DNA of 64,000 nucleotides, taken from NCBI GenBank assembly GCA_965248575.1, contig CBDFJQ010000002.1:4448001-4512000 (forward strand), read 5' to 3'. Below are positions 46,483 through 55,465 of this stretch, one piece after another. The first letter of the stretch is position 1. Each line of letters starts with the position of its first letter. A program made the position numbers and the translations under genes. Under the pieces are notes generated by a model, which ran no database searches, was not told the DNA's origin, and worked only from the letters and a program-made list of their open reading frames with translations. The DNA is from Planctomycetota bacterium (GTDB taxonomy: Bacteria; Planctomycetota; B15-G4).

Positions 46483-48171
46483 TCAGGGCGCAAACTCATC
46501 CCGAGACATGGAAACCATGGCCGACCGCTTGCCATCGTAGGTGAGCCAAACTCGGTCGTCGTTGAGGGCGATGCCCTCCAGCTTGGCGCTGGGTCTCGGC
46601 ACGGGCTTTCGTGTGACCAGCTCCCAAGCGTCCCCCTGCCAACGAAAGACGAAAACCTCGGACTTGCCTAGCAGCTTCTCACGGTCCGAATCCGAGAAGG
46701 CTTTGGGCTTGGAACGTTCTTTTGCGGGAGGGTTCGCCGCCACCCAGAGTGTCTGTGACGCACGGTTAAACGTGAGTCCACTGATCCCCAGGCCACCCAG
46801 GTCGAGCGACGGCAACGGCCTCAAGAGGTCTGTGTTCCAGTCATACTCGAGAACAATGGCGTGATCGTTGGCATCCAGGGGCCACTTGAACCCAAGAACG
46901 AGCCGGTCGGCCCCGATGGCAGCCAGTCCTTCAATCTCCAGTGCGAACGGATGCCACAGAGACTCCAGTTCGTTCGGGGGGTCGGCCTTATGCTTCCAGT
47001 CGGATCTGTCGAGAGAGACTCCCATGGAGTTCAGACACTCAGAAAGCCGTCGCCAGCCCTCAGAATCATCTGGCACCGGGGGGGCGGCACGCTTGCCATC
47101 CTCGAGGTCTCTCCACTCGGCCCGAAGTCCGTAGGAAGGGCTCATCCACTCGACCGGGTGCACATGGAAACGCAACAACCGGCGCGTGCGGTCTTCGTCA
47201 AGTCGACGGAAGGACGTCGTCATGTAGTGCCACTCGCCGCCGTCCCACGCAATGTCCTCAGGGTCGTTGAGCTCGAGACGTTCGAACATGAGCGGCCAGC
47301 GGACGATGAGATCGTTGCCGACCTCGTCGGCTACGAAGATCTCTCGTTCGTCATCGTCGATGACGAGTGCATGGGCGATGGGCTCGCCCTCCGAGCGTTG
47401 AAGCATGACCGGCGCGATACCCGACGGCTCATCGACATAGGCCTGTGTCTGTTTCCTTAGCCTCGAAAGCTCTTCAGTAATCTTCTCGATATCAAGGCTT
47501 TGAAACGGGGCCGCGGCGCTCTCACGATCCACGAGGCGCCGACCCTGAGACGCCAAGAGCCGGTCGAACCACTTGCGATCCGCTGCCGTCAGCTCCCCTG
47601 CTCGACTGGAGACGGTGGCGTTCATCCTGGCCATGACCTCTGACCACGTCTCCGGCCGAAACGTGCGAGGTGTAGCGGTCGACGATTGTTCGCCCCAACT
47701 GGGGCCAAAAAGATAGACCGCTGAGTACATGAGGGCGGCACGCATCTTGCTCAGCTTGTCAGCGCGCATCCCGTAATAGAACAACCGGGCCGCCTCCTCT
47801 GAGGTTGCCGGTCGATTGTGGGGGGGCGCCTTCCCGATCGAGTCGTCACTGCAATGGTAGTCGTGGACCACTGACGCTCGACGGTAGTTGCCGACCAAGG
47901 GCGTCCCGAGGGCTGAACTCCAAAGGACCTTTGGAATGGAAGCGCCATCGACGACGGCGCCCGGAGGAACCGTCCATACATTCCCCGCTGGGTCGACATA
48001 CGTGAACGACTCCTCCAGCTTCATCTTCCGGTGAGATCCTGCCGGGTCGACGAGCCAATGGGTGACGACATCTCCCTCGAAGTGCCCGAGGTTCAGTTCG
48101 TCGGGCGGGACGGGGACAGGAACGGGACTACAACATGCAGCGAGCAACAGAGACACAGAGGCAGCGAGCAT
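46483..48171 (-). CDS. putative lipoprotein: DUF1353 domain fused to a beta-propeller-like domain (start uncertain)
   Basis: Lipobox-like LAAC; DUF1353 motif W.VP.G..VDGASIP...Y..ASVVHDY.C; propeller-like DPEDIA, IEGLA, ISGLT, LEGIA blades; appears lower in GC. Confidence 0.75.
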   Translation of the reverse strand: MLAASVSLLLAACCSPVPVPVPPDELNLGHFEGDVVTHWLVDPAGSHRKMKLEESFTYVDPAGNVWTVPPGAVVDGASIPKVLWSSALGTPLVGNYRRASVVHDYHCSDDSIGKAPPHNRPATSEEAARLFYYGMRADKLSKMRAALMYSAVYLFGPSWGEQSSTATPRTFRPETWSEVMARMNATVSSRAGELTAADRKWFDRLLASQGRRLVDRESAAAPFQSLDIEKITEELSRLRKQTQAYVDEPSGIAPVMLQRSEGEPIAHALVIDDDEREIFVADEVGNDLIVRWPLMFERLELNDPEDIAWDGGEWHYMTTSFRRLDEDRTRRLLRFHVHPVEWMSPSYGLRAEWRDLEDGKRAAPPVPDDSEGWRRLSECLNSMGVSLDRSDWKHKADPPNELESLWHPFALEIEGLAAIGADRLVLGFKWPLDANDHAIVLEYDWNTDLLRPLPSLDLGGLGISGLTFNRASQTLWVAANPPAKERSKPKAFSDSDREKLLGKSEVFVFRWQGDAWELVTRKPVPRPSAKLEGIALNDDRVWLTYDGKRSAMVSMSRDEFAP

Positions 48172-48743
48172 GAGACGGCTGCAACGATCGCGCACACGTT
48201 CAGCATCCACTCTCCAGCGCCCACTCTGCTTTGGAACGCTTCTCTGGTTGACCTTCATCCACTGCTTCTGAGTCACGGTCGGGCCCCCTTCCGAATGCCT
48301 TGAACGTCCCATTCTCAACGAGCGTACTATACAGCTCACGCACGCAGCTGAGTGCTCTCCGGTGCGTGGGACCGGCCACGGCACTACGACTCCTGCTAGG
48401 GTAGCGCGCAGCACATTGGCGACCGGCACATGACCCAACCGAAGCGGTCGTCGGTCCAGCTTCCATTTGCCAGCTTGGCCGGCGTGTACGCACGCTCATG
48501 CATTTCGCAGCTGACGAGCTTCCCGGCTGCCAAGCTGCCTCTGCTCGTGCATCGGCGTTCCCAGGGCGTGGTTTTCTCGGTGTCCGTTCGGGGACCTCCT
48601 GGCTTCGACCACGTGGCCGGTGGGTTTGCCCTCAGGTTTTGCAGCAGATGCCTGAGCATCAACTGACGAGTGGCCATGCCACAGGCTCCCGAAACCCCGA
48701 GGACCGAAGAGGTCTGCGGCGACCGTGGGCGCTCTGCCGGATT

Positions 48744-48938
48744 CTAGAAGGCGCTGTCCAACACGACGGCAGTGAACGGTGAACCGAGCGTCACGAACCC
48801 CGTGGTGTCCACGAACAACGGCTGCGTGAAGAACTGGATCGCCTCCACGCCTGGCCCCAGATCCTGGAATGCCGTGACGAGGTCGCCCGACTGCCCGGCG
48901 AGCGTCAACATGAAGGCCGCCCCCGCTTCCGGTGGATC
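48744..48938 (-). pseudogene. orphan, internally deleted subtype-B C-terminal domain
   Basis: DPPEAGAAFMLTLAGQSGDLV/TAFQDLGPGVEAIQFFTQPLFVDTTGFVTLGSPFTAVVLDSAF* aligns by eye with the C-terminus of 8649-9959 minus a central stretch; no upstream gene body. Confidence 0.65.
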
Positions 48939-49050
48939 CGGCGTAGACTCGTCGGGGCCCGCGCTCAGACGACCTCGCGGGCGCTGCGACGCCGGGTCGG
49001 GGGCCGCCGGCGTCGCACCCGAGACGCTCCGCTCCCGGGAGGCTTCAACG

Positions 49051-50907
49051 ATGGTGCTGCTCGCATTGGCCACGGTCCTCGTCCTGGTCTCGCCCGCCCT
49101 GGGCGAGGACGGCGCAACAACGGATCGCGTCGTCGGCCCGTCGGGCCCGGCCGTCGGCCCCTCCGGCCTCGTCACGTCCCCGGATCACCGGTCAGCGCGG
49201 CAGCTGCTGCCCGCCACCGGCGGAACGAGCGACCTCGGCGACGTCGACGTTCCGCTGGGCGGAACGAACGAACCCACGATCACCATCGACCCCAATGACA
49301 CCGACCGCGTGGCGATGGCCTCGCTGTTCACGTCGCGCGTGTCCACCGACGGCGGGGCGACCTGGACGGCCGAGACCGCCCTGGTGGTGCCGGTCGGATA
49401 CGGCGGCGGCGGCGACCCCTCCCTGGCCTACGACAGCCAGGGCCGGCTCTTCTGGAGCTATCTCGGAGTCAACCTCTCGACAGGCACGCTGCAGGTGCTC
49501 GTCAGCGAGCTGAACCCGGTGACCGGCGCCGTCATCAACGGCCCGGTCCTCGTGACGCCGGGCGTCGGCTTCGACCAGCACGACAAGCAGTGGCTCGCCA
49601 TCGACACCAACCCCTCGAGCCCGTTCACGGACCGGTTGTATCTCGCGTGGACCGTGTTCCTCGATGTGGGAGGCACGCAGGTCCTGTCCGCGTGGTCGAG
49701 CGACCAGGGCGCGACCTGGTCCACCCCGCTGCCGCTCTCGCCGGGCGACTTCAGTGAGGGCTTCGTGTGGCCCACCCACACCGCGGTGGGTCCCGACGGG
49801 GACGTCTTCGTCTCCTACCACGGGCAGACGGGCTTTGTCGGAAACCCGGACGGCACCAGCGGCAAGGTGTTCGTGTGCCGGTCCGTGGACGGCGGCGTCT
49901 CCTTCCCGCAGAAGACGGAGGCTTTCGCGGACGGAGATGCGGACGTCACCTACAACGTTCAGACAGAGGTGGGCACGATCCCGCTCACCAACTGCTGGAT
50001 GCAGGGTTCACCGCAGGCCTGGGTGCTGCCCGACCCGCACAAGCCCGCAAAGCTGTACGTGGTGTGCAACGACGACCCGGACGACGTGCACGGCAGCGGC
50101 GACGACGCCGACGTCGTCATGGCCATCTCGACGGACGACGGATTGACCTGGGGGCCACCCATCACGGTGGAGGCCGGCCCGTCCGACAGCTTCCAGATCT
50201 TCCCGACGGCGTCGATCGACCCGATCACGGGCTGCATCGTCATCGCCTGGTACGACAACCGCGGCGGAGCGTTCAACGGCAACGGCCTCTACCTGCTCGA
50301 CGTCTACACGACGCGCAGCTTCGACGAGGGCGCGACCTTTCTACCCCCTGAGAAGGTGAACGACGCCCCCTTCGACCCCGAGCTCGACGCGCCGCTGCGG
50401 TTCAGCGGCCCGCCGCCGACCCTGCGCATCGGCGAGTACATCGGCATCGCGTCCCGGGAGGGCCAGACGCACATTGTGTGGTGCGGAAACGACGTTTCGA
50501 GCCAGCAGACGATCACCGATCGGTACGTGGGCTGCCCGTGGTTCAGCCTCTCCGGCGGCAGCACCGGGACCGGCGGCTTCACGCCGGTGTTCGAGGCGGT
50601 TGGCACGCTCGCGCCCCTCTCGCCGCTCACGCTCAGCTTGCAGAAGACGCCCGCGAACACGCTCGTCCTGCTCTGGCTCTCGTTCTCGAGCCAGCCGCTG
50701 GGCGTGCTGGGCGGGACGGTCTACGCCAACCCGTTCAACGCACAGTTCCTGCGCACGACGAACGGCGCCGGCGAGTTCAGCCAGTCGCTCACCTGGCCGG
50801 CGGCCATCGCGTCGGACATCCCCCTCTACCTGCAATGGCTCGTGCAGGACCAGGGCGTGCCCGCGGGGATCACGCTGTCGAACGCGCTCATGGCTGTGAC
50901 GCCCTAG
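49051..50907 (+). CDS. secreted BNR/Asp-box (sialidase-like) propeller protein with shared C-terminal domain (618 aa)
   Basis: GGGAGG RBS; signal peptide; NEPTI; Asp boxes STDGGATW, SSDQGATW, SVDGGVSF, STDDGLTW, SFDEGATF; DKQW; GEY.GI; shared domain at 50539-50907. Confidence 0.88.
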   Translation: MVLLALATVLVLVSPALGEDGATTDRVVGPSGPAVGPSGLVTSPDHRSARQLLPATGGTSDLGDVDVPLGGTNEPTITIDPNDTDRVAMASLFTSRVSTDGGATWTAETALVVPVGYGGGGDPSLAYDSQGRLFWSYLGVNLSTGTLQVLVSELNPVTGAVINGPVLVTPGVGFDQHDKQWLAIDTNPSSPFTDRLYLAWTVFLDVGGTQVLSAWSSDQGATWSTPLPLSPGDFSEGFVWPTHTAVGPDGDVFVSYHGQTGFVGNPDGTSGKVFVCRSVDGGVSFPQKTEAFADGDADVTYNVQTEVGTIPLTNCWMQGSPQAWVLPDPHKPAKLYVVCNDDPDDVHGSGDDADVVMAISTDDGLTWGPPITVEAGPSDSFQIFPTASIDPITGCIVIAWYDNRGGAFNGNGLYLLDVYTTRSFDEGATFLPPEKVNDAPFDPELDAPLRFSGPPPTLRIGEYIGIASREGQTHIVWCGNDVSSQQTITDRYVGCPWFSLSGGSTGTGGFTPVFEAVGTLAPLSPLTLSLQKTPANTLVLLWLSFSSQPLGVLGGTVYANPFNAQFLRTTNGAGEFSQSLTWPAAIASDIPLYLQWLVQDQGVPAGITLSNALMAVTP

Positions 50908-50929
50908 CGGCTCACCCGGAGGAGGAGCG

Positions 50930-51130
50930 GAGCGCGACCGGTTCCAGAAGCACTTCGTCAATTACACCGAGGTTGTCGCCGCCTTCTCCGGCCCCCGCGC
51001 CGACTACGAGATCGAATCCGACGGCGAGACGACGACGATCAAGGATGGGATCGAGGGACGCGATGGCGTCGATGCTCTGCCCGCCATCGGGCTGCTCCGC
51101 TTCCGTGGCGGGGAGCAGCCACTGGGATAA
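50930..51130 (+). pseudogene. orphan 3' fragment of an RTX-associated-type secreted protein
   Basis: Frame 2 reads ...AAFSGPRADYEI...IKDGIEGRDGVDAL..IGLLRF..*, resembling the FSG.RADY.I...RDG.D.L..IE.L.F motif; no start codon. Confidence 0.55.
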
Positions 51131-51175
51131 CCGGACGCCACGACCGGCTGCCGATCCAGTTCACTAACCCTGTTG

Positions 51176-51835
51176 TCAACCCAGGTTGTCGCCCACGGTC
51201 TCATTGGGCTTGGACACCGGCGTCGCCACACCATCGATGCTACGAACGTAGTAGTTGGCGTAGAACCCCTGCTGTGTCGCGTCGACGAACTCTCTGCGGC
51301 TCATGATCCTTCCCGTCGCCAGGTCCTTGAAGCCGATGTTGCGGCCCGATGAACTCTCCGCGACGACCGTGACGCGATCACCGAATGTCTCGTCCGTATC
51401 GTCCTTGAAGGACGGTCCCGTGTCCGGCACCTGGGGCGCCGGGGCAACGTTTGCCGTCAGCAGTGCGGCCGCCCAGTCTCCGCCGCTGTTGGCGAGCGTG
51501 CCATTGTAGAGCGTCGCGTTCTGGCCTGCCCCTATGTGGGTGGCCGGGATGCCGGCGGAGTCGTCGATCGTCCACCACGCGCCCCCTTCCTGAAGCTGCA
51601 GTACCCCCCAGACCGACAACACATATTCGGTCGAAAGTCTCAACGTGAGGTCGAGCTTCAACTTCACTTCACCGTCCACTGTCTTCTCGCGACTCCAGTT
51701 GCGGTCAGCACCACCAGCGTTGAGCTGGAGCACCTCCGCCCAGTTGTAGGATTCCTCTTCGTCGGCGTCCCAGAAACCAAAGTCGTGATCGTGGATCTTC
51801 CCGATGCAGTTCAAGGCAACGTTTATGAGTGTCAT
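51176..51835 (-). CDS. two-domain protein with C-terminal DUF3892-like domain
   Basis: GAGGGAG RBS; C-terminus GRN..F.D..TG..MSR.EFV.....G.Y.NY.VR.IDG..TPVSKP.....DNLG; N-terminal beta-rich domain unassigned. Confidence 0.7.
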   Translation of the reverse strand: MTLINVALNCIGKIHDHDFGFWDADEEESYNWAEVLQLNAGGADRNWSREKTVDGEVKLKLDLTLRLSTEYVLSVWGVLQLQEGGAWWTIDDSAGIPATHIGAGQNATLYNGTLANSGGDWAAALLTANVAPAPQVPDTGPSFKDDTDETFGDRVTVVAESSSGRNIGFKDLATGRIMSRREFVDATQQGFYANYYVRSIDGVATPVSKPNETVGDNLG

Positions 51836-52020
51836 CTTTCAGCTCCCTCTTCCAGGGCCCTCTTCGGGGCTTTCAAGCACGTTCATGGCGTGCCCAAGAG
51901 TCACCGCCCTTGGGCTCGCCCGCGGACCCGTGGATTCTTCCACGGCAACAGGGACACTAGCGCTTCCGTGACGGCGAGGCCCTACGTCGTTGGCCGTAGC
52001 GCAGCAGCATTGAGTGCGGG

Positions 52021-52261
52021 CTACCTGCCCAGACGGTTCGTACCAGTTTCTAATGTTAGTCGATGGCTGTTTGGGACGGCCGCTTCCTCCCGTCGGAGCG
52101 AAGCGGAGGCGGGAGCAAACGGGAGCGTTGTCCGTGGTGCCGGCGCCTTGTAGCCCAGGCTGCTGTGCAGCCTGATCGTGTTGTAGCGACGCCCCCAGCC
52201 CTCGATGATGATCTGCGCCTCCCGGAGCGTGTAGAAGCTCTCGCGGTCCAGCAGCTCATCT
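52021..52261 (-). mobile_element. IS3-family remnant: transposase C-terminus plus degenerate right end
   Basis: Minus strand reads DELLDRESFYTLREAQIIIEGWGRRYNTIRLHSSLGYKAPAP (IS3 OrfB tail YN..R.HS.LGY..P), followed by ACTAACATTAGAAACTGGTACG...GGGCAGGT resembling an IS3 terminal inverted repeat. Confidence 0.8.
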
Positions 52262-54526
52262 ACCTGGTCCTCGAAGCGAGTCGCGATCGACGCTGTGCTC
52301 GCCGCGGAACAACTCGAGGCCGACGCGGTCGACGACGGTCACGCGATAGCTTCCGGGGCGCAGCAGCAGCGCCGGGGTGGGGCGACCGGGCCAGAGCACG
52401 ACCTGGTCGACGGGGACGGCCTGCCCGGACTCGTGGGCCAGGTGCGCCTGCAGCAGCACTGGCCTGTCGAAGTCCAGGTCGGGAACCACGTAAGGGGCGC
52501 GCAGTCCGCCCATACCTAGCCAGTGCGGCCGACCATCGCGCAGCTCCGTGCGGGAGTGGATGAGTGAGGCGTCCAGCGCGCCGGGCTGGGCGCTCCACAG
52601 TGCGCCCTCGTCGTCTGCCAGAAGGGTCGGGCCTTCGGCGGTCCAGCCGGCGTCGACCGCGTGTCGGAAGGCCCAGTGCTCGAACTCGCGGGCGCTGTGC
52701 TCGGCGAGCGAGAACTGGTTGACTGTCAGCGGGTCGATGCCGGAGAGCTCGGCGAGCACGCCGCCCATGGGCGTCCACTCGGGTCCCGCGCTCTCGGCGA
52801 TGTGATCCCGGCCTGCGATGACGAACACCCGGGCGTCCGGGTGCTGGGCGAACGTCCGCTCGAAGATGTTCTCGGCCTGCGCGCGCTCGCGCCGGTTCAT
52901 GCGCTCGACATAGCTGTCGTCTGGCTCGCTGCGGGACTGCTCTGGCGTCGCGTCGTAGCCGAACACGACGAAGCCCAGCGCGAGGGCCCGGCGGATCAAG
53001 TCGCCGAAGGCCGGGTCACGGAGGTAGGAGCCGCTGGTCAACAACGGGTAGCCCCGCTCGCGGAGAGCGTGCTCGTCCTCCCGCAGGGCCTCCACCGCCA
53101 GGTAGCCGAAGCCCGCCGCGCGCAGGGGCTCGATCAGCTGATTGGAGAAGGCCCGCTGCATTGACGAGCGGTGCTCCTCGTTGACCATGACGAGCGGACG
53201 CTCCGCCGCAGCCTGCAGCAGGGTCTCGAGCGCGGGCCGCGGCCGGTAGCCAGCGAGCGGGTCCGGCCCGTCGGGCCGCGTCGTGCGGGTGCCGGAGGCT
53301 CCGAAGGCCTCGTCGCCGACCTTCGTGGCAAGGGCCTGCTCACCCACGAGGGCAAGGTAGGTGCCGAGGGTGTCCAGGTAGGTCGTCAGGGAACCGGGGT
53401 CGGCGCGCGCCTCGTTCTCCCGTTCGAGCAGACCGAGGACTGCGGCCAGGTAGCCGGCCTGAGCCTGGTCGGCGAAGGCCTCGTCCGCCACGACGAGCGG
53501 CCAGGGTCGTCCGCTCGGCTGCGTCCGGGACACAGGTCGCTCCACGGTGCTCCCCGTCGACTCAAACAGGGCGATGTACGCCTCCAGGGTCGTCATCCCC
53601 AGTGCGCGCCGACGTTCGTCCACGCCCTTCAGCTCCAGGTTCTCGAAGGCCAGTGTGCCGTCGGGGCGGCGGGTCAGCTGGGTTCCGTAGCGCTGGGGCG
53701 AGCCGAGGTTCAGCTGCAGCCGGTCGTAGAGCAGCGCGTACTCCTGTCCGACGGAAGGGTCGCGTTGCGCCTCGTCCTCGATCAGCGGCAGGGCCGTGAT
53801 CATGAGCCGCAAATGCCCGCTGTGCTGCACAATGAAGAAGGCGCTTTGAAAAGTCGCCTTGCCGAAGTGCTCCGGGGACGGCCAGCCGACGTCCTGTATG
53901 AGCTCGATGAGTCGCGCGGTGTTGTCGCGGTCGATGGCGGACATCTCTTCGCCGACCGCCTGCATCTCCGGCGATTTGAAGAATGCCTGGGCGCCCTCCG
54001 CTGTCGAGAGCCGGCCTTCGGCTCGAGCCTGTTGTTCGAGTTCCTCCACACGCAGCCGCGGGGCCTGATCCCGGCGCATGCGCTGCTCGAACTCCTTGGC
54101 AAGGGCTTCGATCTCGTCGGCATCGGTGCTGCGCGTGCCCAGCGAGTAGGGTTCGAGCTGCAACGCCGGGGGCACGCTCCCGAGGCGTTCGTAGCGATCG
54201 ACGCGGTCACCCACGGGGTACCTGATCGTGAGCACGTCGTCCTCGATGGTGAGCGTGCCGGGGATAGGCGTCGCTGGCCACATGCTCGAGAGCCGGGCGC
54301 CGTCGTCCGCATAGCGCACCGTGTTCAGCGTCTGGCGCCCATCACGGAAGCGCACGCAGCGGGCGTCCAGGAAGTGCAGCTGGTCGTCGCGCTCCACATG
54401 GGCCCAGGCTCCAGCCATGAGCTCGCGCAGCGTGTCGTCGGGTGGGGCGGCCAGGGCGTCCGGAGCCATGCTGAGCAGCAACGCGCCGAGCAGGACGAGG
54501 CAGTTCGATCGAACGAGGCTGGGCAT
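52256..54526 (-). CDS. secreted multidomain protein: DUF6624 plus a C-terminal alpha/beta (ChaN/EreA-like) domain
   Basis: Signal peptide; DUF6624 motifs D..N..RL......GWP, FIVQH, YA.L.DR, QRYGTQ, VDERR..LG; second domain VMVNEEH, YLAVEAL, RERAQA.NI, AG.DHI.E. Confidence 0.75.
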   Translation of the reverse strand: MPSLVRSNCLVLLGALLLSMAPDALAAPPDDTLRELMAGAWAHVERDDQLHFLDARCVRFRDGRQTLNTVRYADDGARLSSMWPATPIPGTLTIEDDVLTIRYPVGDRVDRYERLGSVPPALQLEPYSLGTRSTDADEIEALAKEFEQRMRRDQAPRLRVEELEQQARAEGRLSTAEGAQAFFKSPEMQAVGEEMSAIDRDNTARLIELIQDVGWPSPEHFGKATFQSAFFIVQHSGHLRLMITALPLIEDEAQRDPSVGQEYALLYDRLQLNLGSPQRYGTQLTRRPDGTLAFENLELKGVDERRRALGMTTLEAYIALFESTGSTVERPVSRTQPSGRPWPLVVADEAFADQAQAGYLAAVLGLLERENEARADPGSLTTYLDTLGTYLALVGEQALATKVGDEAFGASGTRTTRPDGPDPLAGYRPRPALETLLQAAAERPLVMVNEEHRSSMQRAFSNQLIEPLRAAGFGYLAVEALREDEHALRERGYPLLTSGSYLRDPAFGDLIRRALALGFVVFGYDATPEQSRSEPDDSYVERMNRRERAQAENIFERTFAQHPDARVFVIAGRDHIAESAGPEWTPMGGVLAELSGIDPLTVNQFSLAEHSAREFEHWAFRHAVDAGWTAEGPTLLADDEGALWSAQPGALDASLIHSRTELRDGRPHWLGMGGLRAPYVVPDLDFDRPVLLQAHLAHESGQAVPVDQVVLWPGRPTPALLLRPGSYRVTVVDRVGLELFRGEHSVDRDSLRGPGR

Positions 54527-54566
54527 GGCGACTCCAGTGGCGTGACGGTCCTCCCGCTCTTTCTTG

Positions 54567-54600
54567 TCTACTAGAAAAAGGGATGATTATTCTAATAGAA
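54567..54600. promoter_or_regulatory. tandem palindromic operator sites between divergent genes
   Basis: TCTA-C-TAGA (54567-54575) and TTCTA-A-TAGAA (54590-54600), centres 24 bp apart, in an AT-rich patch. Confidence 0.6.
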
Positions 54601-54653
54601 ACTCATGGCACAATTTCAGCGATCCGATCCCGTGGCGCGCCAGGAGCCCTCCG

Positions 54654-55232
54654 ATGAGCCAGAAACGGCCCCAACTGAAGCTGATCCAGCGGCCCCGGGA
54701 ATTCGCCGCCATCAACTCTCAGGTGCGTCAGACAATCATCAAGACCATCCGGCTGCTGGAGCCCTGCTCCGTGCGTGAGGTCGCGGAGCGCCTGGGGCGC
54801 AAAGCGGAGACGCTCTACTACCACATGGACATCCTGGCGGAGGCTGGCATCGTTCGCGAGAAGGGGCGGCGTCCGGCGGGGAAGCGTGACGAAGCGCTCT
54901 ACGAGATCACGTGCGACCGCATGCAGTTCCACCCCACGAAACGCAGCCCAGTCTTCATCAAGGGCTTGCGTCGCACGTACTCGGCCATGATCCGGGAGAC
55001 GGAGCGGCAGTTGCTGGACGCAGTGGGGCGGGACAACGAGGTGCGTCAGGGCGCCGGCAAGAACATGCGCTTTCAGGTCTACGCCGCGCATCTCACGAAG
55101 GCCGACATCGACGAGCTGAACCGCCGCCTCGACGCCGTGCGCGAGCTGCTGCTCGAGCGCGCCTCCGGTGAGGGCGGCAAGCCGCACCAGGTGCTGCTGC
55201 TCATGTCCCCGATGGAGGGCGCCGCCAGCTAG
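54654..55232 (+). CDS. ArsR-like winged-helix transcriptional regulator (192 aa)
   Basis: AGGAG RBS; S.VR..II..I....PCSVREVAERLG.....LYYH...L.EAGIV. Confidence 0.85.
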   Translation: MSQKRPQLKLIQRPREFAAINSQVRQTIIKTIRLLEPCSVREVAERLGRKAETLYYHMDILAEAGIVREKGRRPAGKRDEALYEITCDRMQFHPTKRSPVFIKGLRRTYSAMIRETERQLLDAVGRDNEVRQGAGKNMRFQVYAAHLTKADIDELNRRLDAVRELLLERASGEGGKPHQVLLLMSPMEGAAS

Positions 55233-55465
55233 CGACCGCTGCTCGCTTGTGCCCCGGGCTGCTCACGTGTGTCCCCGTCCGGCGGGGTCAGGGTGAGGAC
55301 CGAACGGGATGAGCGGTTCGGCGGGGCTCTGACCACTTTCCGGTCCGCTGCCATCGTCCACACGGGTCGCCACCGCAACCGGGTTCTCGGATCCTGGTTC
55401 CTCGCTTACCATCCACGCCCCGGCGCGGTGCCGCGTCGGGCAGATCCATCGACCTGGAGATCCCG

